NCBI RefSeq assembly: GCF_006345805.1
Contig: NC_043010.1
Location: forward strand, 58,218,001 to 58,282,000
Length of the DNA stretch: 64,000 nt
Origin: Octopus sinensis
Taxonomy: Eukaryota
Direction: 5' to 3'
Shown: positions 61,773 to 64,000 of the stretch, piece after piece
How positions within the stretch are numbered: the first letter of the stretch is position 1
Layout: the number at the start of each line of letters is the position of its first letter
Translations under genes and position numbers: made by a program
The notes under the pieces: model-generated
Told to the model about the DNA's origin: nothing
The model's database searches: none
What the model saw: only the letters and a program-made list of their open reading frames with translations

Positions 61773-64000
61773 AGTTCCTTTATTATTATTATTATTATTA
61801 TTATTATCACAAATTTTGTCAAGATCAATTATGCCTTTCATCCCTTCAGGGTCAATTATATACATAAGTACCAGTTATGCACTGAGGTCAAAGTAATCAA
61901 CAAACCCCTTGCCCCATAACTTCAACCTCCTACTACTTTGATTTTTTGTTTTAATGAACGTTCTTATCAATATATTTGAACTGTTTTCTCCTAATTGAAA
62001 AAAGTAATCTTTCTACCCCTATCTCTAAAGTGGTGAGGTTTTGAATCTACAAATGAACAAAAATGCACTCAATATATGGAATTTAGTGTATATTATGAAA
62101 AGATTGTGGCTTCAAAGATAGGAAAGATTACATATGTAGAGTGGTACTAAGAGACGCACACAAATTTCAGCAAAATAAGAAATGAAATGTTATGTGGTAT
62201 CAAAATGAGAAGATCAAAGGTCCTTCCTGAGTCATAGGCTCGTAAAGCTATTGTCCTGGATTCTGTGGCTTATGTATATACTTTGCTTTGATTGAATGTC
62301 ACTTTTTCACATGATTTACTCATTTTTGCCAGCTGAGTGATTTGGAGCAACATGAAATGATACGTTTTGCTCAAGAACACAATACATCACATGGTTCAGG
62401 AATCATAACTACAATCTTAAGGTCATGAGTACAACAGCCTAACCACAAAGACATGTACATCTACATTATGTGATACAATGCTTCATATAGTTTATATGTT
62501 CCCTTCAATATGGCTAGAAATTTTGTAAAATTTTAAAGAAAAATTTCCCCATAAACCATAAATATTATAAGATATTGTAAGATCTTTAATAGAAATAGCA
62601 TTAAAGTGCATACCAAGATCTTTGCAGCTTCTGTATATCATATGAATAGAGGAAATTTTTCCAGTGTGAATCTACAAGACCCTTTTCTCTTCTATGTAAT
62701 TACAATAAACCTAATGTCTTCTCTCTCAACGGTATGTCTCTTTCTAAAGCATTACTATAGGTAACTAACTTTTTATTTACATTTAAAATTGAGAGAAAAA
62801 GCTCTGTCAAGATTCCTTAACATTCCTTTAACTCTTAAACAATTTAATAAAAGCATCTTGTTTATCAGGGTTTTCCCCAGCTACAAAAATTTATGGATCT
62901 ATGAGAATTTGAAATGTTCATGTACTTAATTATGTATATTATGCATTAAATTATGAGCAAATGAAATAGTTTCATAGAAAAAACATAAACCAGACATTTG
63001 TTGATGATTTTCTATGTTTACAGTAAATGAGTTGCATGCTGACCATTGCTCAGAGGTGGATCCAAGTTACATGGCATTGTGGATTAACAAAGTATATCAC
63101 CCACTTGGTGATCTTCAATATTAAATTTCATTTATGAATTTACTTGTAGTTTTATTTGACCAAGAAAAGCTTTAAGAAAATTTGTGAACAAAAAACGAAA
63201 GCTGTGCCCTGAGTTCCCAAGATGTCTGAATACTTTAACATTACAACTTTCTAAAACGTTATATATTTACTTCACTATATTGTTATATAGATTCACTTCA
63301 CTGTGATAGTTATATATTCTTTGATCTTATAAAACTATTCTATTTGATGGTGTGTCTTGGTTCAGCAACAGATGCAGTAAAACTGTGTGAATTCTGCAGG
63401 ACATGACACGGTTTGCATTCTTTGCATCAGAGTGGAAGACAAGCAGCCTGCGACTATTTTAAAGAACGTCACAAATATCAGCAATCCATTAACAAATGGC
63501 TTTCTGTTTGTGTGGTTGAATATTGAAACAATAATTCTGACTGGCTGAATGTTGCAAAGAATGCTTCTGAGATACTGTCATCTCAAAATGTTTTCCACTC
63601 AATGGATGTCTTTTAAAGTGTGAAAAATCGTCATAAGCAAACTACAATAAACCTCTCCACTTCAATCAAAAACAGTCTCTCAAATGTTGATAATCTTTAT
63701 AACTGCCTCAACAAACATGTTTAATTGTAATTATAGATCAAACAAAACACTGGAAAATATAATTATAAAATATGCAGTCTTTAAACATTTCAGATGTAGT
63801 GTTTAAAACAAAATATACATTCAGGTACTCACGAAGCTACCTCTCCACCTCACTCACTAAATATATATGGAGTTTAACGGATGATAATATTGGCAATTAT
63901 AAATTGATTAATTATTATAGAGCACACATCCCAGTACATTAAAGAGTGGAGTGTATGTTCTATAATACCATAATCAGATGGAGAGACAATGAGCAAACAG

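Noticed and set aside
63390-63550. Possible exon after TTCTGCAG with open frame HDTVCILCIRVEDK...
   Set aside because: No convincing donor, no recognisable domain, open frames on both strands

Overview
AT-rich, microsatellite-saturated eukaryotic DNA. My recognition of the SINE/LINE families points to an octopod cephalopod such as Octopus (inference, not verified). There is no intact protein-coding gene and no prokaryotic feature. The window is mostly decayed transposons: RTE, CR1/L2-like and RLE (R4/Dong-like) LINEs, tRNA-derived SINEs, Tc1/mariner, a Helitron, MITE-like hairpins, and (TA)n/(TACA)n arrays. One likely first coding exon lies on the minus strand (MDHLRQ, CAG|GTAAGT, 19843-19826). 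The main unexpected signal is about ten minimal type-I hammerhead-ribozyme-like motifs in several unrelated short repeats of Penelope-terminus type. They share an extra purine after A9 and, where preserved, a palindromic helix III. They include a G3-C8 compensatory core swap (57178-57228), a copy with an intact core (47263-47349), and a tRNA-headed SINE-like element with a hammerhead tail present as a head-to-head foldback (40066-40504). All structures were folded by eye; none was computed or tested.
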